Shown here piece by piece: positions 53,081-63,305 of a stretch of DNA of 64,000 nucleotides (positions are counted from its first letter, which is position 1; each line of letters opens with the position of its first letter). The translations under genes were made by a program, and so were the position numbers. The stretch covers positions 19,391,028-19,455,027 of the forward strand of contig CM082576.2 in the NCBI GenBank assembly GCA_040954595.2. Direction: 5' to 3'. Below the pieces are notes generated by a model. It did no database searches. It had not been told where the DNA came from and saw nothing but the letters and a program-made list of their open reading frames with translations. Source of the DNA: Balanoglossus misakiensis (Eukaryota; Animalia; Hemichordata).

Positions 53081-56000
53081 GGACCTTTCATGCTTAAACC
53101 CCTGTTCTTCTGTTATAAACTTTGAAAACCGTTCGTTTTCAGACTGCAGATTGCTCGAATAACGCGACACACTGCCGAAACAATAAAACAAATACTAGTG
53201 GGAGCTCATAAAATAAAATCGCTCAACCATTCCGTCGTCCTGAGTGACCTCAGCCACATTAATTCCGACGTCTTTTTAGGGTCATGAAAAAAGTCACAAA
53301 TAAGGTATTTCCCCTAGGTCCACCTGAAGCAAAAAGTTTTCGTTTCGACTCCATCATTCCGAATAGTAAGAAAGCAACAAAATTGAAAAGACAGATGTAA
53401 AATGCACTCTCTCTCACGTGGTAACGTTTGTAACTATGGCAATCACGGTACGTGTTCAGTACACAGACAGGGAGAAAAGTTTCTCCATGCAATACATGTG
53501 TTCAGTAAGGTTTGACCTTGGTTTTACTTTGTACCATGATCGCCGCTTTCTAAGCATGGATGAACGACGGCGGTCAGACCCAATCGAACCCTTTCATGTC
53601 AGATGACCACGGTATCTCCACTGTGAGATGACATTTGACAAACCATTTGATTTCAACAAAATCTTCGCGTCGTCAACGCGTCGCATACCAGTCGCATATC
53701 GGTATTTACCCAATCATAAAAGTTGGAAATTCGGGAGACTCGATCTGCAACCAAGTTGAGAGTAAATTTTGACGTTTGACTATTGGCAAGTAAACAGGTT
53801 ACACAATGACTTGTCGGTTTTTCCTCCGTCATGGTCGTTCTCGACCCAAGTCCCCCCTCCCAATGTCCTTCCTTGACATTTAGACACACCTTGCGGTATG
53901 ACCTTGGTGGTCATGTGCAATTAGTTTTCTTGTATAAAAGCTTTTCATGCCGGGGTAGACGACTTGTGCGTGGATCATCAACATTTCAGTGATATTTCAA
54001 CGCAAAGTTTTAGCAATATTAAGAAAACAGGTAGTGAGGTGTCAAATGCATATCAATGTACGAAAATTAGGTCAAGCCACCCGACAGCAACCGCTTTCAC
54101 ACAGTGTCGGACGTTGCACGGAATGTGAAACGTTACACTGCTTCGGCCGTTCACATGCACCTGGGCGTGGGTTTGATTGATGGTCAAACGCCCCCACTTA
54201 CTTTGGGCGTTTTCAATGGTAAATGTGTCGTATTGATCGAAACCTTGCCGTAAACACATTTTTTTTGCTGAATCAACATTCAGAGTTCAGCCGTCTAGTT
54301 AACGAAGTATTGAAGTAAGCCACTTGTTCATCATTTTTTGTCTGTCAAACGTATTTATTCGGAAAGGGACCGGCCGCCAATGAGGGGTTTAGGGAGCCCA
54401 CACGTACACTCTGGTACCTGGACAATTAACATAGACATGTCGTGTGTACCGTCCGGTTCGAAAAGATTGGTTTAAGGTAGTCCTGGTAACAGTCATCCTA
54501 ACGAGGCCAGGGGAGGTCTCCAAGGGCGAAATAAACATAGCTACCGATGACGAGTCGAATTCGAATCGGACGATGCTTGTTCATAAAAGGCACAGACATA
54601 AAGCTTCGAAGTTTTTTGTCTGTGTAGTAAAGATACGACTAATCAGCCTATAGTGTAACCGTAGACCCTGGAGAAATACCAGAGCACAGCACAATGCAGC
54701 AAATGGAGTGAAACAAGAACAAAGCTTAGTCTCTGCCGCAAACAAAGCTAAATCACATATTGACACTCCAAATAGAAGCAAGACAGCCGGGGGGGGGGGG
54801 GAGGCACAGTTGTAGATCGCGGTGTTGACCCGCCCCTTCCACATCCTGTAGATGTTTGTGCGTCCAAGGCATTTTTGATAAAATATAGACTTTTGTTTTT
54901 AGCTCGAGTGTGGCCTAAGTATATCACCGTTCACACGAAAAATGTCTGTCTTTTTCAAAACGTTGTATTATACTTCTGTGTAATTTGAACTCTAATACAA
55001 GTGACAGTATTAGAGGACAGATTTGGCACAGACAAAATTCGTATTAACAAACCACAGAGAAAACGTCAAAATGGAGCGATTTATAAAATGATCAATTCCA
55101 CGAGTTTGCAAATTAAAGTTAAAGAGATACAGTTTCATTGGGTGGATCACTATCCTAGAGCGGTCTGGAAGCATGGGTGGATTTTTACCTGGTGTTTGTT
55201 TACCTGGTAAAAATAGGCTATTGTTCTCCCCTGCTTTTCATAGCGGATTTTTTAACACGTCTCCTCGAGATCAAACATTAATGAGCGATTAAAAGCGCTT
55301 CGTATACTTTTTGTGGGTCGAGTTGTGTTTTTCGTTTTATTTGGTCATTAATTCGATCAGAATGGATTGTTTATTGTTGTATTGTTAAAAGCTTGGATTT
55401 TATGTTTCAGTTGTGCAGAGTGCTTAAGTATGCTCGACTTGCGTGGCAATTCTGCATATTTGGAGCATTCTTTGGAATTTAATTGATTTGGACATGAGTT
55501 TGTTGTTTGGTTGGTCATGGAACAACACGTGACATTGTCTGCATGACATTCTTTAGGGTGTTCCAATTCTGTAAATGACATGAGGTGGTTACATCGGACC
55601 ATATATGGCTGAGATGAGAACATATGGCGGCGCTCTTTTTTCGCGTGTGCCACCCACTAAAAATCTGTGATTGGCTACATCTCAATTTGCCATGGTAACT
55701 ATAGCTAATTTTCCATAGGTGACCGTATACCTTTAATTGCCTGTTGGTACTAAACAGCACTCTCCCCGAGTCTAGTGAAACATCATTTTGGGGGATCTGG
55801 ATTTCGTGTTCATTATTGCGTGACTGATACGGCGGGTATCGATTGGAATAGGCCCTATCGTTAAAATAGAAGTTCATTCTTGTCGGGCGACCCAGGAAGG
55901 CATAAGCTTGACGTGCCTAAAGTTTGTCGGACATTGTTCGACCATCACGGCTGCAAATTGGTTTAAGTTCGACCCTGGGCCCGGTGTAGCCTGCTCCAAT

Positions 56001-56732
56001 AGAAATGGAGAAATTAAGTATAAGGCAACAACCCGAATGTGCCACTTTTTCACTCACAGCATCCCTCTAAAACCACAGTAAGTGATAAAACAAAAGGTTA
56101 GGTCGACTTTTCATGTCCTTATGCGCATGAAAAGAAAAGAATGAGACAGGGTCAATGAAGTCTAGTATCGTGTCTTCGTGCACACGAAGACGCCCGAGAC
56201 GTTCATCATCATGGTATTCCTCGTGGAATCTCTTGGCAAGTGCATGGCGTGTACCGAGTCAGAACATGTAAATACTGACTTCTGCCATAGACGTACCAGG
56301 TGCTTCGACGAGTTGGCCTTCGGCATTGTGGTTTTTTGGCTTTTCTAGTGAAGCCGAAGGCCAAAACCAAGGACCGTGACTAAACTGAAAAGCCCCCACC
56401 CCCCCCCCCATCTCCCCCCCCCCCGCCCTCACCAGTTTTTGTAGTAGATATGTTCTTCATGCCTACCCCAATTCTACCGCTGGCTGCGCTGTCACAGTGA
56501 CCTCAAGCCAGGTCAAATTTGAGCTAAAAGACAAGTTCCGTCTACATACTCATGAATATTTCTTGGTTTCTTCGCGTATAAACTCAGGAATACTATGCCC
56601 CTGAAGCCTCGGCTGGCTTTGATGCACGTTATCATGTTTTAATTAGTCAAAGACCCACAGTAGCAAAGTAGGTAATTGTCTTTTTTTCACGCGTATCCTT
56701 TGGTCATATATTCTGCCTGCAGCCCCCAGCCC

Positions 56733-57048
56733 TTGCTGCAGTTTGAAGCCCCTCCATCTCCCCTGAACGAGTTTTGGTTTTGCCGATTGAAGTTGAATAA
56801 CTGGGGAAAACGTAGGCAAAATCGACAAATACCGCGACATCCTTTGCCAGGTAAGCGCTGTATGGGTTCCGGGACCGATTTGGCGAAAAAAGTGTGGAAA
56901 ATTGTGGACTGGAGACGTCTGGAGTGTAGAAATTCGCTCCGGGCCCAAATCCCGGTCGCTCGTTGTGCGGTTTAGAATAGCTGGGACCTGCAGCCCCGCA
57001 AAAACAAAAATCGTCCAGGGGAGATGGAGGGGCTGCAAACTGCAGCAA
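56733..57048. mobile_element. MITE with ~50-bp TIRs and a 10-bp flanking direct repeat (Mutator-like)
   Basis: TTGCTGCAGTTTGAAGCCCCTCCATCTCCCCTG.. pairs with ..CAGGGGAGATGGAGGGGCTGCAAACTGCAGCAA. CCCCCAGCCC flanks both sides (56723-56732 and 57049-57058). Confidence 0.75.
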
Positions 57049-57780
57049 CCCCCAGCCCCACATTCGCTGATATAATTGTCACGTTCCTCGATAGTTATTA
57101 TAATTTTTAGTTAGAGACGGCCTTGTAGACTCGGAATTGTAGACTAGCGACGGCTCAGCTGGCATATCGTACCACTTTTTCTGTTACATTGCCGACCGGC
57201 CCGGCGCAACTACCGAGGAAAGATACGGGTGTGCTCGTGGGAATTGTCAACTACCCGTTCATCGTTCGACTGCTCAACACAGATCATTGATAACACAATG
57301 TCACATTTCGAACTAATTTTGAAATTCTGGATAAATTCTCCAAATATCCTGTTAATCTGGGATTTTCTTCCATCACCTTGATGCAACTGTATCAGAATTT
57401 GTCTTTTAAGTTTATTCACACCAAAAAAAAACAACAACAGCCATTTCCTGGAAATTGTCATGTTTTCTCTAAAAGAAATAAGCTGAACTTTTTTATTCAA
57501 AGGAAACGTTCAGCAAATTTTTTTCTCCCCAAAATTCAGGTGAATTTTTCAGATTCTTTTTTCCCAGAAATTCTGCCGAAATCTACACTAATCACACACT
57601 TATTGGAAAGGTGTAACACAAAATATAGACTTTACAAACAAAAATCTAATGTTATACATTTATGAACCTCTTATTCACCAATATTAAATGTTTTCAAAGA
57701 GGAAATGTATTATTCACGGACTGGAATTTCGAAATTAGTTTGGAACATGTTTGATGTGTTATAAATTGGTTTATTTTCAG

Positions 57781-57899
57781 ATTTTATGGTGGGCACTTGA
57801 CAGTAATTGAGGGTTATTCTGAAAATCGTTATGCTGGAGCAGAGATTGTAAACCAGATTGAAGAGACTTCCAATGAAACAGCGAACCATGGTTGGATTG
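57781..57899 (+). CDS. Exon: C-type lectin middle (FYGGHLTVIEGYSENRYAGAEIVNQIEETSNETANHGWIG)
   Basis: TTTTCAG acceptor and G|GTGAGT donor. Contains the GGHL..I....EN and WIG motifs. Phases 2 and 1 match the neighbouring exons. Confidence 0.9.
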
Positions 57900-58112
57900 G
57901 TGAGTGTGTCTTTTAACAGTGTTTGTCAGTGTTCCCAAATAATTTGTGGGTGTATCAAGTGTAAAAAATAACTGGTTTTGGAATTTGACAGTTTACAAGT
58001 AAGCACTGCATAGTAACACTTGAATGATAATTGTCTCAAGATGGTAATTGAAAAGCCTATTTTTTACATCTCAATAACCTCACAAAATCTTGCTATTAAG
58101 TGACTCTGTATG

Positions 58113-58306
58113 CAGTTTTTCATCCAGATGGAGGGATGAGGGAATTCGCCCACTGTCAGCATGTTGGCACCCCCCTAGAAATTTGTCAAGGGGGAAATGG
58201 TGCCCCTTACAGACTCAGCGATGTCACTCATTCCCCTCCTTGCAAGAGTGCAACTATTCAAGCAAAGGGGGACATATCCCCCCCCCCCATCCTGGATGAA
58301 ACACTG
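58113..58306. mobile_element. MITE with CAG..CTG ends and 7-bp TSD (P-element- or hAT-like)
   Basis: CAGTTTTTCATCCAG ... CTGGATGAAACACTG, with CTGTATG duplicated at 58106-58112 and 58307-58313. Confidence 0.75.
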
Positions 58307-58342
58307 CTGTATGCATCTTCTTTCTTTATTTCCATTTTATAG

Positions 58343-58558
58343 GATTTAGTGGACCCAATCGAGATGGCAGTGTGGAATATGATTATTCAGATGGCAGGAA
58401 AGGTAGTGTCTTTGATGGTCGATGGGCAGACACAGAACCTGATGCCTCCACTGGGCAATGTGTGAGGTTAAACCTCTTTGAAAATAATTACCCATTGTAT
58501 CATGCAAGATGTGATGATGTCAGTCTGTCAATGTGTGAAGTAGCAGCTTGTGCTGAAG
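58343..58558 (+). CDS. Exon: C-type lectin C-terminal half (..WADTEPDASTGQCV..CDDVSLSMCEVAACAE)
   Basis: TTTTATAG acceptor and G|GTAAGT donor. Shows the W...EPD, CV and C......MCE pattern. Overlaps ORF 58372-58734. Confidence 0.9.
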
Positions 58559-58669
58559 GTAAGTCTGATTCAAATCAGCTAGAATCTTCCCTTACTCGCA
58601 TCAGGTCTTTACTTTTCTCGCACTGCTGTAGTCACCTCCCAATATATATACTAAGAGAGAGTGTGTGCA

Positions 58670-58955
58670 AAAGAGCGGGAGGGAGAGGCTGGGAGGGGAG
58701 AGTGAGAGGGGAGGGAGAGAGAGCTGGAGAGTGACAGGGAGGGAGGGAGGGAGGGTGGTAGTGAGGGAGAGGGGGAGAGAGAACTAGAGGGAGAGGGAGG
58801 GGTAGAGGGGGGTAGGGAGGGAGAGAGAGCTAGAGAGGGGTGGGAGGGAGGGAGAGGGGCGGGAGAGGGGAGGGAGAGGGGCGGGAGAGGGGAGGGAGAG
58901 AGCTAGAGAGGGAGGGGGAGGGGGTGGAAGGGAGGGAAGGAGAGAGAGTTAGAGT
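58670..58955 (+). repeat. Polypurine GA-rich low-complexity tract
   Basis: Nearly pure (GGGA/GAGA/GAGGG)n in an intron. Confidence 0.9.
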
Positions 58956-59157
58956 CCCCTAAGCAATACAAGATATACTTGGAAGAGCTCACCACTAAAA
59001 GTTAAACAAGGGGGATCAGATCATGTGATGTCTCCTTGGGTGCAGAATGGTGTTATATTTGAAATTCAAAATTGAGGCCAGTTGTCGCTAGATAATTCCA
59101 CTCATTAATTGTATGGTTATGTTTACTTAACAATTTCTTTTACACTATTTATGTAAT

Positions 59158-60624
59158 AGAGAACCACCGACCCCGAGGTGGTTCTTGGTTTCTAATTGCC
59201 GAGGGCCGCAAGCCCGAGGCGATTGGAAACAAAGAACCACTGAGGGGGAGGTGGTTCTCTGACTTAAACCACGACCCCCCACAGACATTGTCACCATTGG
59301 AGCTTCGTGTACCACAAAGACGTCGTTTTACTCAACGATTCAATAAAATGAACGAACAAAAGCTTATCAAAAGAGGCTTATTCTTCATTGCTGACTGTGA
59401 AATTTGGTTGGCCACCCCTTTTCCTATAAATGAATCATGTCGTGGGCAGGTAGTTCTAGACCGCCCTGCTGGGCCTTACAAGATCGCCCACGCTTGACAG
59501 GTGTTACTCTAAATGTTCATGCTTACGTGTCAGAGTGATATGCTAATTTCAAACACTAATTTGCATCAAATTAAACTTTACAGGTGTGTTACGTAGTGTA
59601 TTATGGGAAGCGTTACAGCTATTGGGGTTTTGCGTGCACATGGTAAGCTTACGCGAACATTTTCTAGGCCAAATGCAGAAGGCCTACATGTAAGTGTCAC
59701 GTTTTTTTTTTATTTTCCTTCAAATGTCCATGAAATCGATCTGAAGATACATGTAGTTCCGATCTATATCATCTGCGAAAACAAGCGGCTACATGTTGGT
59801 AAAGCAAAAACCGGGTAACAATGCTCTACATGGTACTACTGCCCGTCTGTGTATTGGCCTCCCTGGCTTTTGAACGAACCACTCTCTACGAGCCACAGCG
59901 GCAACACGTCTGTATGGTAGCGATATTGGTGAGTAACTCATCTGCGAAAAGACTTGATACCGAAGTGAATCCGTCCGACATTACAAACCCACGTCTGGTG
60001 AACAGCAACAAAAAGTAAGCAGAATTTTGCAAGGTACGCGGGTTTTAGGCCTAAAACAGCCAACCTTGTTACATGTCGGTAGTGAAGCAAAATCGAAGTG
60101 AAGCATCTGGTTAGAGTAATACAAGCAAATCTGGGGATAATGTGATTTAGTATAATTTTCTAGAAATTTGTAGTTAATTTATTGCAACGTTAGTTTGTTT
60201 CTGGTGAATTGATTTTTGTCTATTTTATACTTTTATTATCATGTTATGAAGACTCTCGAGAGCCACCAAGACATTAGCTTTGTACGTCAGTAGACAAACT
60301 GTGAATGTGAAGCATTGAATGAAATGATCCGGAGACTGTCGCATATCCAGTTCGCTTTCAATTAACATAACAATTACTCTATTCAAATGAAATGTACTTT
60401 GAATACAGGTATAGAAGTAAATGTAATGATGCAAATAAAGCATTGTGTATTTGTATTTTTGTTACGACAGGTGAGACTGAGTCCTGCGGTAGTTCTAGAA
60501 CCCCCGGAAGTAGTTCTAGAACTACCCGGGACTTGGTTTTAAACCTGTGGTTTTGTGTGAGACGGAGGTTCTCTCAGTGAATGACTTGTCTATTGAATAG
60601 TGTGACGTCACGATCGTGGTTTAA
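59158..60624 (+). mobile_element. Non-coding element with terminal hairpin and short internal IR (Crypton-like)
   Basis: A 103-bp foldback at 59158-59260 is followed by TTAAACCACGA (59264), whose exact inverse TCGTGGTTTAA ends at 60624. No TSD was found. Confidence 0.55.
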
Positions 60625-60702
60625 TTGTATGATCATCTCCTTTGCAACTAAAGACTACTTTTGAACTGTCAGCAGAAAGTCTGATCCTCAAAGAATTTTG
60701 TA

Positions 60703-60893
60703 CTGTAAACAGGAAATTTTCGCGAGCGATACATTTTTGCGAACTATGCGAGAGCCAAAAAAACGCGAAAATAAACAAGTTGTGTAAAAATGTTTTTCGA
60801 AGATAGCAATGCCGTGAAATATGAGAATGCGAAAATCAATCATCGCATAACAGTTGCCACTTTTGATATCATGAAAAATTTCCTGTTTTACAG
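60703..60893. mobile_element. Tc1/mariner-type MITE
   Basis: TA|CTGTAAACAGGAAATTTT...AAAATTTCCTGTTTTACAG|TA. A truncated relative is at ~62881-62930. Confidence 0.8.
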
Positions 60894-61206
60894 TATGTCA
60901 TAAATATAAATCAGAAACAAAACTGGGCCAAGTATTTTAAGAATCTGGCATCTGTCACACTGATAGTTTGAGCTTAGAGAATCATAATATGCGGTTCTTG
61001 GAATTTTCGGGTGTGATAAATGTCGTTTCAAAATTTTTACATTTGATTTATACTAATACAAACATTGTTTTATACATGTACATTGGATACTCACTGTTGG
61101 TGAAGTAATTTTATCATCAATGAAATTTCGTCAACTTGATGAGCTGAATCTTTATGACCATTCATCACACAAACATACTCTTTCTTTTTATTTTAATGAT
61201 ATTCAG

Positions 61207-61331
61207 GAACATGTGGTGGTTTGGAAACTGGTGAATCGGGGACCTTTCACAGCACTGGATACCCAGATGATAATTATTACATTCTACAAGAATGTATTTG
61301 GACAATCCAGGGACCTGCAACATCCAGAATA
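61207..61331 (+). CDS. Exon: first half of CUB domain 1 (TCGGLETGESGTFHSTGYPDDNYYILQECIWTIQGPATSRI); 3' boundary damaged
   Basis: ATTCAG acceptor and the CGG / G...S..YP..Y / C.W.I CUB signature. No phase-0 GT donor occurs before the in-frame TAA. Confidence 0.85.
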
Positions 61332-61637
61332 AGTGCTCACTTGTAAACTGTCAAATTCCAAAACCAGTTATTTTTTACAGTAAAACTTGCATAAACCACT
61401 AACTCTGTCTAATCTGGAAACCTGCCTATACAAAACACCTTTTCCCGTCCATTCGACATACAAACACTTTAAAAAAAAAAAACAGACACATGTATTAGAT
61501 TTAAATTCATTTCAACTAAAAAAAAAATAATTTGATTTTTTTCTTCCTTATAACAAACATGATTTTTGGTAAACTTTTGAATTAAAGGGCCATTATCTAT
61601 AACTTCAGGCTAGTTTATCAGTAATTTTGTTTTGTGT

Positions 61638-62297
61638 TTATTACACCTCACGTATTATACCGTTTTCGTGATTGGCTGAGACGCGCTCACGTGATATAGA
61701 AAAAAAAGTGATATAACATGGCTAGAGTTGATAAAGCCCTGTCGCGTGCGCTGATATTGCCCGCTTGGTTGTTTTGGTGTTCTGGGCACGACTTCTGCGC
61801 GTTCCAAACTGTCGTTCAATGGCTTCCTTCACGATCAGTCAACTCCCGCATCTATATGGCTTCAAAGCGACACACAGGCTTAACACCTGTTCTACTGGAT
61901 GATATTTTACTGCAAACGGGCAGTAAATACACCAAAATCGCAACCAACAGCGCAGTATTTTCAAAATAATCTAAGTTCGAAGTAGGTATCGTATAATTCT
62001 TGGGAGATCGAGACATTTTACATTCTCAGCAACGTACGACATATGGACGCGAGTCTACATGCTACATGCTGCAGTGTATGTACGTTCAAATGTTCGGCGT
62101 AATAAAATTAATAACACATTATGCTCGGGCAACATCACGATTTGAAGCCTGCCCTCGGGCTGGTGATCTCTGACCAAAATATTGATGATACCCTCGCCTG
62201 CGGCTCGGGCATCATCAATATTATGGTCAGAGATCACCATCCCTCATGCAGGCTTCAAATCGTGATATTGCCCTCGCTATCATGTGTTATTATTTAA
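61638..62297 (-). mobile_element. Second non-coding element with terminal hairpin and short internal IR (Crypton-like)
   Basis: A ~182-bp foldback at 62110-62291. GGCGTAATAA (62096-62105) is inverse to TTATTACACC (61638-61647). TGATTGGCTGAG lies ~30 bp from the far end. Confidence 0.6.
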
Positions 62298-62658
62298 ATT
62301 AAACACTTTTTCTTGTTCCTCTCCTCATGAGTAACCCATCACACCCAGCTCTCTGCTTGTCAACGAGTCATGTGTATGTGTACTGACTGTTGTTATTATT
62401 TACGAATGTTTTCAAACAACAACAATGCCGATTGTGCCCTCATAGGTTTCGTTGAGAAGTTAAGACTATGGATTTAACTCTGCCCTGCGTAGCTGAACAA
62501 GAAACTATAATTGATACACAGAATAGAAATACTGAAAAATGCAAAAAGTTACAGCTAATGGGGCTTAAGTCATGAAACCGTGTTTATTTTCATGTATATT
62601 GGCTTGAGACAGCTCACTATTTATGATGTGTGTTGTGACATTTTTTTATTCTTTTCAG

Positions 62659-62860
62659 TTTCTACATTTTGACACTGAACTTTATTATGATACTGTTGTC
62701 ATTGTCGAGGTGTCTGTGTTTGACCCATCCAAAGTTCTTGCCACATACAGTGGACCGGACCAGCCTGATGAAGTTATTAGCAGTGGTAATGCAATGTTGG
62801 TGAAATTTCTCTCAGATAGTTCGCATACTGCTACTGGCTTTGAAGCATCTTGGCAAGCAG
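62659..62860 (+). CDS. Exon: second half of CUB domain 1 (FLHFDTELYYDTV..LATYSG..SSGNAMLVKFLSDSSHTATGFEASWQA)
   Basis: TTTTCAG acceptor and G|GTAATA donor. Classic CUB C-terminal motifs. Matches ORF 62623-62883. Confidence 0.92.
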
Positions 62861-63153
62861 GTAATACCAAGTTTTATACATAATGTAAAACTGGAAATTT
62901 TCGCAAACGATAAATTTTCGCGAACTACACATAAACTTTGCATGTGTGGACACAAGGCAACTAAAAGCATTAATGCTCTGTGTTTACCTTAGGCAAATAG
63001 TGTCTCTGAAACGTTTCGAATTTTACCCTACGTGAACCTGGTATAACATTATAGATTGCACATGTAGGCAATATTTGCCCTACCTCGACTGTGATCTTGC
63101 TGATGTCCTGTTTGTGAAGTGTTTCTGTTAAGATGACTTCTTCTTTCTTTCAG

Positions 63154-63305
63154 TGTATTCTTTGTGTGGTGGGAATTCCATAGCACAGTCATATAAACAG
63201 AATCTCAGCAGTACAGAATATTTTGAAGGCAAGAATTATCTCAACAATGAAGATTGTAACTGACAGCTGGCATCATTCACAACAGAATTTGTTGTCACTT
63301 TACAG
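63154..63305 (+). pseudogene. Exon: first half of CUB domain 2 with premature stop (YSLCGG..NYLNNEDCN*QL..VVTLQ)
   Basis: CTTTCAG acceptor and CAG|GTAGT donor. TGA at 63261-63263 occupies the conserved C-x-W tryptophan. Confidence 0.85.

Larger units (their letters stand above)
51370..63305 (+). pseudogene. uif: Uninflatable-like gene (C-type lectin - CUB - CUB...), apparently disabled; probably continues beyond the window
   Basis: Seven exons with AG acceptors and mostly matching phases translate to a CTLD followed by CUB domains. Domain order and motifs (YQLRG.SCYK, I.GYSEN, W...EP..STGQCV, MC...AC, CIWTIQGP, FDTE..YDTV, LATYSG, MLVKF.SD, GF.ASW) resemble the Uif N-terminus as recalled. 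An in-frame TGA is at 63261 and a broken donor at ~61340. Confidence 0.65.

Noticed and set aside
53100-57700. Short ORFs of 60-130 aa on both strands
   Set aside because: They have no recognisable domains or splice-consistent exons, and they lie in a TE-rich intron of the lectin/CUB gene.
47631-63263. Stop-codon reassignment or selenocysteine explaining the in-frame stops
   Set aside because: The LINE stops are three different codons (TAG, TAA, TGA). The gene uses TGG for Trp elsewhere and the TGA replaces Trp, not Cys. Ordinary nonsense mutations suffice.
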